A DNA stretch of 19,075 nucleotides from Candidatus Thorarchaeota archaeon (GTDB lineage: Archaea; Asgardarchaeota; Thorarchaeia; Thorarchaeales; Thorarchaeaceae). Location of the stretch: the NCBI GenBank assembly GCA_048882385.1, contig JBHLRQ010000058.1:1-19075 (forward strand), written 5' to 3'. The translations under genes were made by a program, and so were the position numbers. Below, piece after piece: positions 1 through 8,765 of the stretch (the stretch's first letter is position 1; every line of letters starts with the position of its first letter). Under the pieces are notes generated by a model. It made no database searches and was not told the origin of the DNA. It was given only the letters and a program-made list of their open reading frames with translations.

Positions 1-434
1 ACCTTTTTTGCTGCACCAAGCGGGTATCCTGCAGGACAGATGAGGTTCCCAACATTCTCTATGAAGATTGCTTGATAGCTGGAAAGGTCCACATCTCTAA
101 GTGCAACTCGTATCATACGTGCATCTAGATGACAGGCGGTTCCAGTGTTGATTTGAACAGTATCAACACCATGCGATGCAACTCGATCAGCATCGATAGT
201 TGTTGCAAGGTCTCCCGCAAGCATTAGAATTCGATATCTTTCACGTAATCGGTCGCAGAGAGCTTCAATCAACTGAGTTTTTCCTGTTCCAACGGAACCC
301 ATGATATCAATGACGTTTATTCCATGCTTTTTGAAGAGAGTAGTATTGAGAGCCGCAGCATCCTCATTCGCACCAAAAAGGTCCTTTCGTATGTCAATCT
401 GGATGGTTTTTTTGTCGTCTTTTGGATTTTTCAT
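1..434 (-). CDS. hypB: Hydrogenase nickel-incorporation GTPase HypB (3'-truncated by window edge)
   Basis: Manual translation from ATG at 434: MKNPKDDKKTIQIDIRKDLFGANEDAA...IDIMGSVGTGKTQLIE (P-loop)...AGDLATTIDADRV...QINTGTACHLDA...IFIENVGNLICPAGYPLGA. CHLDA and ENVGNLxCP are HypB signatures. Absent from the ORF track because its stop lies outside the window. Confidence 0.95.
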   Translation of the reverse strand, partial: MKNPKDDKKTIQIDIRKDLFGANEDAAALNTTLFKKHGINVIDIMGSVGTGKTQLIEALCDRLRERYRILMLAGDLATTIDADRVASHGVDTVQINTGTACHLDARMIRVALRDVDLSSYQAIFIENVGNLICPAGYPLGAAKK

Positions 435-440
435 TATTCT

Positions 441-1004
441 CTAACCTTCTACTTCACCAAGCTCAAGCTGGATTATTTCGGGATATATGTAGTGACCAAT
501 TACTGGACGAATGATGAACTTTTCAATGAGAATTGCAGGAACCACCCAAATCAGTGTTTGAAATGTATCCGCTATTGCAGAAACAATGATTATCTCAAAA
601 ACAACACCATAAAGTGCTGAAATCAAGAACGTGGGAATGAATCCTCCAATAATCGGAGCTCCTAGAATAACGAGAAGATAAAACTTCAGGCTTTCTCTGT
701 TTGCTACAAGATGGATTGCATATCCAGAACCAATACCAAGACAGATATTGCCAATCAATGGCAGTAAAGGAGGTTCAGCAAGAACCATAGCTCCTCCTAG
801 ACCAGTTATTGCTCCAACAAGAATCCCGCCAGGCAATCCTCCAATTATCCCTCCCAAGAGTGAGAAGAGAAATCCCGGAGTTAACTCAACAACACCAAAA
901 ATCAAGGGAATTCGAACAAAGACTCTCACCACAATTCCAATTGCTGAAATTAATGCAAGTGTGGTCAAAGCTACAGTGCTCTTTCGGAGTGGCAAGAGAT
1001 CCAT
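441..1004 (-). CDS. ECF transporter S-component-like membrane protein
   Basis: 187 aa with about 5-6 hydrophobic segments. N-terminal 'ALISAIGIV..VRIP' and Gly-rich 'LLGGIIGGLPGGILVGAITG' are typical of S components. Substrate unknown. Confidence 0.65.
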   Translation of the reverse strand: MDLLPLRKSTVALTTLALISAIGIVVRVFVRIPLIFGVVELTPGFLFSLLGGIIGGLPGGILVGAITGLGGAMVLAEPPLLPLIGNICLGIGSGYAIHLVANRESLKFYLLVILGAPIIGGFIPTFLISALYGVVFEIIIVSAIADTFQTLIWVVPAILIEKFIIRPVIGHYIYPEIIQLELGEVEG

Positions 1005-1029
1005 GTACTAATCCTCGTTTCACAAATCA

Positions 1030-1410
1030 TTAAGGCGTTGGCGACCAGCTCTCCAACAAGTACTTTCTGGTCGATTCATACCAATCATCCAATTGAGCAA
1101 GTATCTCTTCCCGTACTTTTTCAGTGGATTTTGCCACATACTCGTAGTAGTAGCCACCCCTCTCAATTGATTGAGTCCTACGTTCAACCAAGTCTTTCTT
1201 GTAGAGTCTATTCAGTACTCGTTGTACAGTACTTCGATCCTTGTCTACCACAACTGCAATTTCCTCTACAGTCTTTGGACTATCAATTAGATAGAGAAAA
1301 ACAGTGATTTCACTGTCTCGAAGTCCAAACGCACAGCACAGTAGGTCTTCTTCCTTGTCAAAGCTCTTACTAAAGAGTCCAACCATCGAATCTCGAGTCT
1401 TCATTGTCAT
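1030..1410 (-). CDS. TrmB-like winged-helix transcriptional regulator
   Basis: 126 aa: 'LLCCAFGLRDSEITVFLYL', HTH 'TVEEIAVVVDKDRSTVQRVLNRLYKKDLVER', wing 'GGYYYEY'. Confidence 0.85.
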   Translation of the reverse strand: MTMKTRDSMVGLFSKSFDKEEDLLCCAFGLRDSEITVFLYLIDSPKTVEEIAVVVDKDRSTVQRVLNRLYKKDLVERRTQSIERGGYYYEYVAKSTEKVREEILAQLDDWYESTRKYLLESWSPTP

Positions 1411-1438
1411 CCGAACTGTTAAAACACTTCAAAATAAG

Positions 1439-1463
1439 GGTTGTGTAATGAATGTGCACAACC
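1439..1463. promoter_or_regulatory. Imperfect inverted repeat, candidate operator in divergent intergenic region
   Basis: GGTTGTGTA-N7-TGCACAACC: 9-bp arms with one mismatch, 28 bp upstream of the regulator start. Confidence 0.5.
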
Positions 1464-1502
1464 GAATTTGAGGGATAATACTGTGTTTCAAAAGGATACT
1501 AT

Positions 1503-1976
1503 GTGAGCTCAATTTGGTGCACCGCATTGGACTTCAGTTCATTCAGAGAAAGTTATCCTCAAGACACTAGAGAAGATACTGGTTCTAGACGTCTACAATC
1601 TATCAATCTAGCTCCTCTTAAGGGAGCCATCGAGTCAGATCCAGTTCGATCAAGGGTACTGAAAGTACTAATTGAAGACGGATCTTGGGTGACAACCACT
1701 GATTTGCTCAGAGCTGCACGTCATGAAAGACCCATTGTTGGAGCTGTCACTATTGGAACCATTTTGAATGGAATGAATGAACTTGTAGCATCGAGGCTGA
1801 TTTTAAGTCGAACCTCACCCACATCAGGAATTGATTGGGCAGAGTGGAGAATTAATCCTGACTGGCTTGAACCCACAAGAAAGCTTCTCCAGATGATGAC
1901 AAGACCTAAGTTCAGGCCTTCCACATCAATGGATTTTCCAGGAAGGGACGAAAGGCTTCTTGAAGACCCTACATGA
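1503..1976 (+). CDS. Hypothetical protein, possible winged-helix domain
   Basis: 157 aa ORF filling the gap (GTG start uncertain). 'DPVRSRVLKVL..DGSWVTTTDLL...VTIGTILNGM...LI...EWRINP' resembles a wHTH layout. Confidence 0.55.
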   Translation: MSSIWCTALDFSSFRESYPQDTREDTGSRRLQSINLAPLKGAIESDPVRSRVLKVLIEDGSWVTTTDLLRAARHERPIVGAVTIGTILNGMNELVASRLILSRTSPTSGIDWAEWRINPDWLEPTRKLLQMMTRPKFRPSTSMDFPGRDERLLEDPT

Positions 1977-2050
1977 TTAGATTTACTCATTTTTGAGTAC
2001 CTTCAACTAAATGGGTATATTAATAAGGAGATTCTTCAGGCTCCGGATAC

Positions 2051-2704
2051 ATGGTAGACTACACTACTCAAGGGGCTTCAAATTTGATTGATGATGAAGA
2101 TTCCAGTGATTTACAAGAATTTGAGCTCACGGAAGTTTCTGAAACGTCTGAGAGAACAAGGAAAATTGCTGTAGGGGCGATTCTGGCTTCTATCTCAATT
2201 GCTGTTGCTCCATCAATAGGATTCATTGCAAGAGTAGCAGGTTGGGGAATAGCTTTCTTTGATCATGTTTCAATATTCTGGATGGTGTCATTTTTGATAG
2301 GAGGACCTTTAGTAGGTTCAATAAGCTTGATTGCAGGCGGTATTGCTCTATTCCCGTTTGATCCGTTTTCACCTTTTGGACCTATTTTCAAAATCATAGC
2401 TACATTGCCTATGATGGTCGTTCCGTACTATGGTGTTAGAAGGTTGAAGAGCGAGGTAGGAGGGGAGACCCTCTCCAGACCCAAGTTCTATGCTACTCTT
2501 ATGGTTCTAGCTTTCATACTGCGTCTCTCACTTATGATACCAATTAATCTCGCCTATGGTGCACTGATTGCCCCTTCCATGACTGTTGAATTCATCCTCA
2601 ACTTTGCGATAATTCTGAATGCATCACAGAGCCTTTGGGATGCACTGATTCCGTTTGCAATAGTTCATCCAACAGGATTATTCAAACACTTCAAAATGTG
2701 GTGA
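2051..2704 (+). CDS. ECF transporter S-component-like membrane protein with acidic N-terminal tail
   Basis: 'TRKIAVGAILASISIAV', 'FFDHVSIFWMVSFLIGGPLVG', 'GPIFKIIATLPM' and about 6 TM segments match archaeal ECF S components. Confidence 0.7.
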   Translation: MVDYTTQGASNLIDDEDSSDLQEFELTEVSETSERTRKIAVGAILASISIAVAPSIGFIARVAGWGIAFFDHVSIFWMVSFLIGGPLVGSISLIAGGIALFPFDPFSPFGPIFKIIATLPMMVVPYYGVRRLKSEVGGETLSRPKFYATLMVLAFILRLSLMIPINLAYGALIAPSMTVEFILNFAIILNASQSLWDALIPFAIVHPTGLFKHFKMW

Positions 2705-2739
2705 ACGAAAAAAAAGCATCCGGAACAACCGGAATTCGC

Positions 2740-2746
2740 TTAAATA
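2740..2746 (+). promoter_or_regulatory. Candidate TATA box of the Yip1-domain gene
   Basis: TTAAATA about 40 bp upstream of the GTG at 2783. Confidence 0.35.
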
Positions 2747-2782
2747 CACAGACGCGTCAGACATAGTAAGACATCTCTCTAT

Positions 2783-3625
2783 GTGAGTTGGCAAATCGTG
2801 CGACGCTGTGAGTTCTGTGATAGTCCCGTTCCGGCGGATGCAACAGTCTGTCCGGTATGTAAGGAAACGATTGCTGAAGAAACCTTAGAGAGAATCCTTC
2901 CTATGCTGAAGAGACCCGAATCTCCAGAAGTCAGATTCATGGGTACTGGAGAAAGGATGTGGGGAGTTATCAGAAGACCATCATCCACATATCGAGACAT
3001 TGGTCAGAGACCTGATGCCGCAGGTCCATTCATGCTTATCATAATCAATGCGCTAATTATGGCAGGTCTCTTCATAGCCCTATCCTCAAAAGTTACAACA
3101 ACGGTTGTTGTAAATGCAACATCAGGAGCTACTGCACCAGCAAGTCTCATAGTTAGCTCTGAAGGAGGAATTGTTTGGACAGCAGCTCTGGCTGGAATCA
3201 TGCCCACAATCATGCTGGGAATAATCTATCTTATGATAGGAACGATATTTGCCCATTTTGCGTTCAAACTCACAGGTGGTACAGGAGGAAGGGGGAAGAC
3301 ACTCTCAATAATAGGATACAGCATGATTCCTGTAATCCTTGTTCGTCTGATCTCAATCATCATCGTGCTTGTAGCTCTACCGGGATATCCAGGAGTACTA
3401 AGTCCAGGAGAGCTTGTGTCTCTAACACCAGCAATAGTCGATTGGGCATACAACTCAAGTGTCTGGTGGACCATAGATGTCATGACAACTGGATCGTTTA
3501 TTTGGACTGGGTACTTGTTGATATTCGGAATCCGGGAAGCACATGATACTTCTACATTATGGGCGACTGTGATTGCTATAGCCTGTATACTTGTTTTAGG
3601 GTGGACTTTCTGGCAAGTTCACTAG
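2783..3625 (+). CDS. Zinc-ribbon + Yip1-domain membrane protein
   Basis: N-terminal CEFC...CPVC ribbon. Then 'MWGVIRRPSSTYRDI', five TM helices, 'AHFAFKLTGGTG...TLSIIGYSMIP' and 'WTGYLLIFGIREAH', the usual Yip1-family pattern. Confidence 0.8.
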   Translation: MSWQIVRRCEFCDSPVPADATVCPVCKETIAEETLERILPMLKRPESPEVRFMGTGERMWGVIRRPSSTYRDIGQRPDAAGPFMLIIINALIMAGLFIALSSKVTTTVVVNATSGATAPASLIVSSEGGIVWTAALAGIMPTIMLGIIYLMIGTIFAHFAFKLTGGTGGRGKTLSIIGYSMIPVILVRLISIIIVLVALPGYPGVLSPGELVSLTPAIVDWAYNSSVWWTIDVMTTGSFIWTGYLLIFGIREAHDTSTLWATVIAIACILVLGWTFWQVH

Positions 3626-4551
3626 ACAAAGAAAATGCCATATAATGGAATTAGGACAAAGGCAATCAGTCCTATAAGTGCCCCAACCTTGTCCAGAGTA
3701 CTCCCAATGAGTAGTTTCTTTTTGTCATCAGGACCTGTGAGCGGAGCAATCCCCGCACCAAGAACAACAATAACTCCCAGAATCAATAGCGGCCATAGAT
3801 CCCAACTAGCAAAGCCCCAAACCCAGATTAGAACATAGCTTAGAACCCCAATAAAATTAAGCCCAGCAGCTACTCCTGCTGCTACGTTATAACCATAGAC
3901 TCTAGCAATTGTTCTTACATCTCGGGCTTCATCACCCTCTACATCCTCAGCACCCTTGATTGTTTCTCTTGCCTGAAGTATCAGAAATGCTGTGAAGAAA
4001 AATAACCAATGAGGTATCGGAATGGCGTTAGACAGAACTTGCCCTATTGTTTCAGCATATGTGAAAGATCCGTAGAGAACTCCGAATGCAAATGAAAAGG
4101 CGACCATGAAGTTACCAGCAAGACCTAGGGTCTTTACCTTCGCCGCATATGCATAACCAATAATCTCGAAACATAGGACAATTAATGCACTGAGGGGACC
4201 CGTAAGAATTGCGAACAGAAGACCAATAACACTCAGGAAGACTACAAAGTACCAAGCTTGTCGTATTGTCATTCTTCCGCTTGGTAGTGCTCTATGAGGT
4301 CGGTTGATCTTATCTACTTCAATATCAAAAATATCGTTGACGACATTTCCACCAGCAGCAACTAAGAAATATGTGATATATCCATATATGAAAAGGTACA
4401 GGAAATCTGTGATTGCCCCTACAGGAGCAACACGAAATGCCATAGCCACACCTGCAATCACAGTCAGACCCCCAATTATACAATTCTGAGGACGGATTAT
4501 GGACAGAAATGCCATGGGGTAGAAACTCTTCGTTTTCGGTGGTTCTGTCAT
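3622..4551 (-). CDS. Digeranylgeranylglyceryl phosphate (DGGGP) synthase, UbiA prenyltransferase family
   Basis: 'IIRPQNCI', first Asp-rich motif 'NDIFDIEVDKINRPHRALPSGR', 'YAAKVK..GLAGN', second motif 'ARETIKGAEDVEGD'; multi-pass membrane protein. Confidence 0.88.
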   Translation of the reverse strand: MTEPPKTKSFYPMAFLSIIRPQNCIIGGLTVIAGVAMAFRVAPVGAITDFLYLFIYGYITYFLVAAGGNVVNDIFDIEVDKINRPHRALPSGRMTIRQAWYFVVFLSVIGLLFAILTGPLSALIVLCFEIIGYAYAAKVKTLGLAGNFMVAFSFAFGVLYGSFTYAETIGQVLSNAIPIPHWLFFFTAFLILQARETIKGAEDVEGDEARDVRTIARVYGYNVAAGVAAGLNFIGVLSYVLIWVWGFASWDLWPLLILGVIVVLGAGIAPLTGPDDKKKLLIGSTLDKVGALIGLIAFVLIPLYGIFFV

Positions 4552-4646
4552 ATCTTGCTCCAGCTATTTCTGTCAATTAAAGACTTGCGGACCACGGGTG
4601 CTACACCCAATCACTCATATTGAACAAGGCTTGCCGCATAAAAGAA

Positions 4647-5498
4647 ATGTTGCCACAGAGGATTCGCTTTGGTCCTGCAGGATATCCCAGTGATGCCAGA
4701 GGAAATGTGAGAAAAGTATTCGAAATACTGTCCGAGGCAGGACTAGATGCATTTGAGTACGCTGCAGTATATGGTCTTAGGACAAGAGAAGAAAAAGCCA
4801 AACTGTTAGGTGCTCTCTCAAGAGAAGCAGGTATAGCTATGAGTATGCATGCTGCATACTACATTAACTTGGCATCCAACACAATACGAATCCAGAAAGC
4901 ATCCAAGGAAAGATTAGTTAAAGCCCTCAAGTTTGCACCACTAATGAACGTGAAAAGAATCGTATTCCATGCAGGAACTCATGGAAATCGAAGTCGTGAA
5001 GAGGCACATGAAATAATAAGAGATGCTCTAAGAGATGTCTGGAATCAAGCCGGAGAGTTAGGTGAAGGAGCGTATCTTGCCCCTGAAATTGCTGGTAAGT
5101 TGTCTGCGTATGGATCAATAGAACAAATAATCAAACTATGTCAGGAAGTAGATGGGTGTATTCCAACTATTGATTGGGCTCATCTCTATGCAAGAAGTCA
5201 AGGTAAAATCAATGATAAAGAGAGTTACCTCAATGTCATAACTCGTTTCGAAAATGAGCTCGGTGACCTGTTTGTTCAAAATATGCACTTTCATGTGAGT
5301 GGAATAACATTCACGAAAAAGGGTGAAGTTGCACATCAGCCACTAGGACAGAAGTGGGGACCAGACATCTTTCCTCTTTCGGAGATTGTTAAAGAGTGTG
5401 GATACAAGCCCACGTTCATATGTGAATCAACCAATCCTCTTGAGGGAGCACTATATACAAAGTTTCTCTTCGAAGAGCTGGAGAAGGTAATCAAATGA
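4647..5498 (+). CDS. nfo: Endonuclease IV (AP endonuclease family 2, TIM barrel)
   Basis: 'RFGPAG', 'SMHAAYYINL', 'VFHAG', 'PEIAGK..AYGS', 'PTIDWAHLYAR', 'HFHVSGI', 'ICES'. ATG at 4647 preferred to TTG at 4620. Confidence 0.9.
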   Translation: MLPQRIRFGPAGYPSDARGNVRKVFEILSEAGLDAFEYAAVYGLRTREEKAKLLGALSREAGIAMSMHAAYYINLASNTIRIQKASKERLVKALKFAPLMNVKRIVFHAGTHGNRSREEAHEIIRDALRDVWNQAGELGEGAYLAPEIAGKLSAYGSIEQIIKLCQEVDGCIPTIDWAHLYARSQGKINDKESYLNVITRFENELGDLFVQNMHFHVSGITFTKKGEVAHQPLGQKWGPDIFPLSEIVKECGYKPTFICESTNPLEGALYTKFLFEELEKVIK

Positions 5499-6835
5499 CA
5501 AAATACGCATTCGTGCTTGGCTCAAATTGGTTGCTCAGTATTGCTGAGCTTCTAGTGTACATCCAAGACCATGGATATGAAGGTACACTGATAGACCATT
5601 CAAGAAATGCGGCGATTGTTGATATTAAGCAGCGTATTGATGTAGAACAGCTTATGGAGATGCAATCAGCTCTCGGAGGATGCTACAAAGTCGGGAAGGT
5701 CATTTGGGAGTATGATATAGGGGTTCCATTGAAAGCCTATCCAACAAAGAAAGCTGCAGACAAGGAGAACCTGAATGAGATTAGAAAGGCTCCTTGGCTC
5801 AAGATAGTTTGGCCCAGAGTAAAAGGGAAAAAGATCAAATTTGGCATAAGTACATATCCGATATTTAATGGAAAGTTTCCAATCGATTTCAGAAGATTCA
5901 CTCGTGGAATGAACGATCAGGTAAAGAAACTTCTCTTGGAGAACGGAGCTAGACGAGCGGATTATTTCACTTATGACGAGCCAGACAGGCGAGTTTCTAG
6001 TAGACTGAATGTTGCATTGTGGCCTAAAACGATTGCTCAAAATAATCTTCTAGCACCCCCAAATGCTGAATTGCTTGCAGTTTTCTCTGAAAAGAAGCTA
6101 TACATTTCTAGGACTCGTTTTGTGTACGATTCAATGCTACAGCAATATAGAGATGAATCAAGACCGTTTGTTTCTGCGGAAATAAGCACAAGTCCAAAAC
6201 TCTGCAGGTCCTTGCTAAACCTCGCAGGAGCAAGGCCAGGAGATACAATCCTTGATCCATTTTGTGGCACAGGAACTCTTCTCATGGAGGCGGCTATTCT
6301 TGGAATGAACTGTATCGGAGTTGATATCGATGCAAACCAAGTTCAGGGAGCAAGGTCCAATCTAAAATGGCTCGCTAAGGACTTGGGAGAGAAAATTAAC
6401 TACGACATTTTCCAAGGTGATTCCAGAGAATTATCAACGCTTCTCAAAAAACAAGTAGATGCGGTCGCATTTGAACCAGTGTTGGGACCAATATACACAG
6501 AAGTACCCCCAGTTGGCGAAGCGGAGAAGACAATTAGAGAACTAACCACTCTTTATCGACTTGCACTAACAGAAATGGGAAAGATACTCCGACCAGAAGG
6601 CCGCGTTGCAATGACAATTCCCGTAATCAATACTCATGGCGAGCCGATTTCGGTAAAATTCAGTGAACTGACAAAAGGCACTGGTCTTACACTCTATCGT
6701 CTGTTGCCAAGTGACACCATCAGGACACCGAGAGATATTGATAAACAACTTAGAATCAGACCAGATAGAGAACTTATACCGGAGAGAAAGCGAGGACAAA
6801 TAGTTCAAAGAGCAGTAATTGTGCTTGAAAAATAA
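5495..6835 (+). CDS. Trm11/TrmG10-like SAM-dependent (t)RNA methyltransferase
   Basis: 'STSPKLCRSLLNLA', SAM motif 'ILDPFCGTGTLLMEA', 'GVDID'; motif IV reads 'DAVAFEPVLGP'. ATGA overlap with nfo implies coupling. Confidence 0.75.
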   Translation: MTKYAFVLGSNWLLSIAELLVYIQDHGYEGTLIDHSRNAAIVDIKQRIDVEQLMEMQSALGGCYKVGKVIWEYDIGVPLKAYPTKKAADKENLNEIRKAPWLKIVWPRVKGKKIKFGISTYPIFNGKFPIDFRRFTRGMNDQVKKLLLENGARRADYFTYDEPDRRVSSRLNVALWPKTIAQNNLLAPPNAELLAVFSEKKLYISRTRFVYDSMLQQYRDESRPFVSAEISTSPKLCRSLLNLAGARPGDTILDPFCGTGTLLMEAAILGMNCIGVDIDANQVQGARSNLKWLAKDLGEKINYDIFQGDSRELSTLLKKQVDAVAFEPVLGPIYTEVPPVGEAEKTIRELTTLYRLALTEMGKILRPEGRVAMTIPVINTHGEPISVKFSELTKGTGLTLYRLLPSDTIRTPRDIDKQLRIRPDRELIPERKRGQIVQRAVIVLEK

Positions 6836-7672
6836 TCAAAATAGATATCGAACTACATCATCTAAGATTGCATATGTCTGAAGACGCTGGATATCACTTT
6901 TCACGTATGGCATGACACAGTCAAACAATACATCTCGATAGGCCTTCGGAGTGACAATTTCGCCCACAGCTTTAGCAAGTAGACGCAGAACTTCTTCGAG
7001 AGAATCTCTCAAATGCTGATAGGCAACCACATTGACATTTATTTCGAGGACTTCGATTCCAGCCTCATCTATTGGAACAGTGGTAAGGAAAGGGTAACGA
7101 TCCATCAATGGTTCAAGTAATCCCTTAACTCGTTTCACAATATCAGCGCGTTTCTTCTTCCCAGTTTTTACTTTCATGATTCCTCGAAATAGATGATTGT
7201 ACACTTCCAAGCAGTCCATTGATTTACCAGCAAGAAGACTCTCATCGGTAACTTCATACTGTTCTACAAGCTCATCTATGAATTTACTGAATTTCTTGAA
7301 CGTGTTAGGTGCTCCGTGCCAGTTTTTCAATACCGTAGCCACATCTGAGTTTGTGGGCACCTCTTGTTTCATGAACTCGTTCAATGCATATTCCAACATG
7401 AATCTCATATGACCAATTCGTGCAGCTTTTGACACAACCATGACAAATAGAAGATGTTCATTTGCCTCCCAAACGTACCTGTTTGCTTCAGTATCAACAG
7501 TTTTCAGAGTTTCATTTGAAGCTTTGTCGATGAATGTATGTGTGGCAGAAAGAAATGGTGCAATCAAGTCCATGTCCAATTTGACCACGTCAGAATAAGC
7601 TCTAGCAACAAGATTCCTACCACTGCCTCGCTCCATAAGCCAGACACCAAGTATGGATCTTTTACCGGACAT
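6836..7672 (-). CDS. Longin-like N-terminal domain protein with helical C-terminal region
   Basis: Pattern 'ILGVWLMERGSGRNLVARAY' (two strands), 'DLIAPFLSATHTFIDK' (helix), three strands ending 'HLLFVMVV', then helices with 'FKKFSKFIDELV'. This fits longin topology. Confidence 0.6.
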   Translation of the reverse strand: MSGKRSILGVWLMERGSGRNLVARAYSDVVKLDMDLIAPFLSATHTFIDKASNETLKTVDTEANRYVWEANEHLLFVMVVSKAARIGHMRFMLEYALNEFMKQEVPTNSDVATVLKNWHGAPNTFKKFSKFIDELVEQYEVTDESLLAGKSMDCLEVYNHLFRGIMKVKTGKKKRADIVKRVKGLLEPLMDRYPFLTTVPIDEAGIEVLEINVNVVAYQHLRDSLEEVLRLLAKAVGEIVTPKAYRDVLFDCVMPYVKSDIQRLQTYAILDDVVRYLF

Positions 7673-7769
7673 GAAATCCTCTCACTGACAATAGTTTCTG
7701 ATTCTTAGATGATAAGCCTATATACGACAGGCGAAATATACCATCACTATAACATGACGAAGAAAATGT

Positions 7770-7796
7770 AAAAAAGGAGGGGAAAATCCCCTCCTT
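7770..7796 (-). terminator. Hairpin plus T-tract terminator of tfb
   Basis: Minus strand AAGGAGGGGA-TTT-TCCCCTCCTT-TTTT: perfect 10-bp stem starting 3 nt after the tfb stop and ending in a T6 run. Confidence 0.75.
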
Positions 7797-7799
7797 AGT

Positions 7800-8765
7800 T
7801 TAGGTGGTCGAGATGCCTAGCTTCTCCACCATCTCTTTGTAGCGGTTCCGCACCGTAACCTCAGTTACGCGAGCAGTTCTAGCAATCTCAAGTTGAGTCC
7901 TTCTAGCACCTGTGAGAATACTAGCAACGTAGATTGCTGCAGCCGCCATTCCTTTGGGATCTTTTCCGATTGTGAGCCGTTGCTCCCTAGCTAACTCTAG
8001 TATGTCAATAGCCTTCTTTTTCGCTTCCCCTGGGAGTTCTAGTTCGGTGCCGAAGCGGTGAACGAACTCTGCAGGGTTGCTATGTCGGATCTTTAGGTTA
8101 AGATACCGAAGAATGAGTCGAACACAGAGGCTGAGTTCTTTGCGTGTAATGTGTATCTGCTCAACAATCTCTTCGAGGGGTCGAGGGACTTGATGCACAC
8201 GACATGCAAGATAGAGTGAGGCTGCAATCATCCCTAGAATGGTTCGACCACGGGTCAGCCTTTTGCGTAAGGCTTTCCTATAGATCACGGCTGAGGTCTC
8301 TCGAATTGAGTAGGGAATGCTCAACTGAGAGCTTATTCTATGGAGTTCTGTCATCGCAACAGCTAAGTTGCGCTTGTCAGATGAGTGCACTTTAGTTCGA
8401 ATCTGCCACTTTCGTAGCCTATGAATTTCTGCTCTTCGTGTTGAAGTTAGTTTCCTTCCAGATGCATCAACGTTCTGTCGGCCAATTGTAGTAGTCAGAC
8501 CTTGGTCAAACTTACTCCAATCTGTTGGACCTCCTACACGCTGCCTGGCATTTTGCTCATCAGCTGTAAAAGCCCTCCATTCTGGCCCCATATCTATAGA
8601 ATGATCTGATAGAACGAGTCCGCAACTTGAACAAATCACTTCGCCACGAGTGTGGTCGATATATACATCAATACAACTACAAGCAGAACAAACATAACTG
8701 GCCGAACCTGTGCGCTCCTTCTTTCTTTGGGTCTTGTGTCTGCTGGCCAGTCCAATCATCTCCAT
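7800..8765 (-). CDS. tfb: Transcription initiation factor IIB (TFB)
   Basis: Zn ribbon CSAC...GEVICSSCGLV, B-reader 'IDMGPEWRAF..RVG', 'RLRKWQ', two cyclin repeats, C-terminal 'TQLEIA..ARVTEVTVRNRYKE'. Confidence 0.97.
   Translation of the reverse strand: MEMIGLASRHKTQRKKERTGSASYVCSACSCIDVYIDHTRGEVICSSCGLVLSDHSIDMGPEWRAFTADEQNARQRVGGPTDWSKFDQGLTTTIGRQNVDASGRKLTSTRRAEIHRLRKWQIRTKVHSSDKRNLAVAMTELHRISSQLSIPYSIRETSAVIYRKALRKRLTRGRTILGMIAASLYLACRVHQVPRPLEEIVEQIHITRKELSLCVRLILRYLNLKIRHSNPAEFVHRFGTELELPGEAKKKAIDILELAREQRLTIGKDPKGMAAAAIYVASILTGARRTQLEIARTARVTEVTVRNRYKEMVEKLGISTT

Noticed and set aside
324-620. 98-aa plus-strand ORF
   Set aside because: Antisense shadow of hypB and the S-component gene; no recognisable motifs.
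2708-2734. A-tract plus small hairpin TCCGG-AACAA-CCGGA
   Set aside because: Only a 5-bp stem, oriented as a minus-strand terminator where no real minus-strand gene ends.
3930-3975. KGAED instead of KDxxD in the second motif of DGGGP synthase as a sign of inactivation
   Set aside because: A KG(I/x)ED variant occurs, to my knowledge, in other archaeal DGGGP synthases, and the other motifs are intact.
8712-8741. NLS-like basic stretch RHKTQRKKER in the TFB N-terminus
   Set aside because: Short basic extensions are common in TFBs and the start codon is uncertain.
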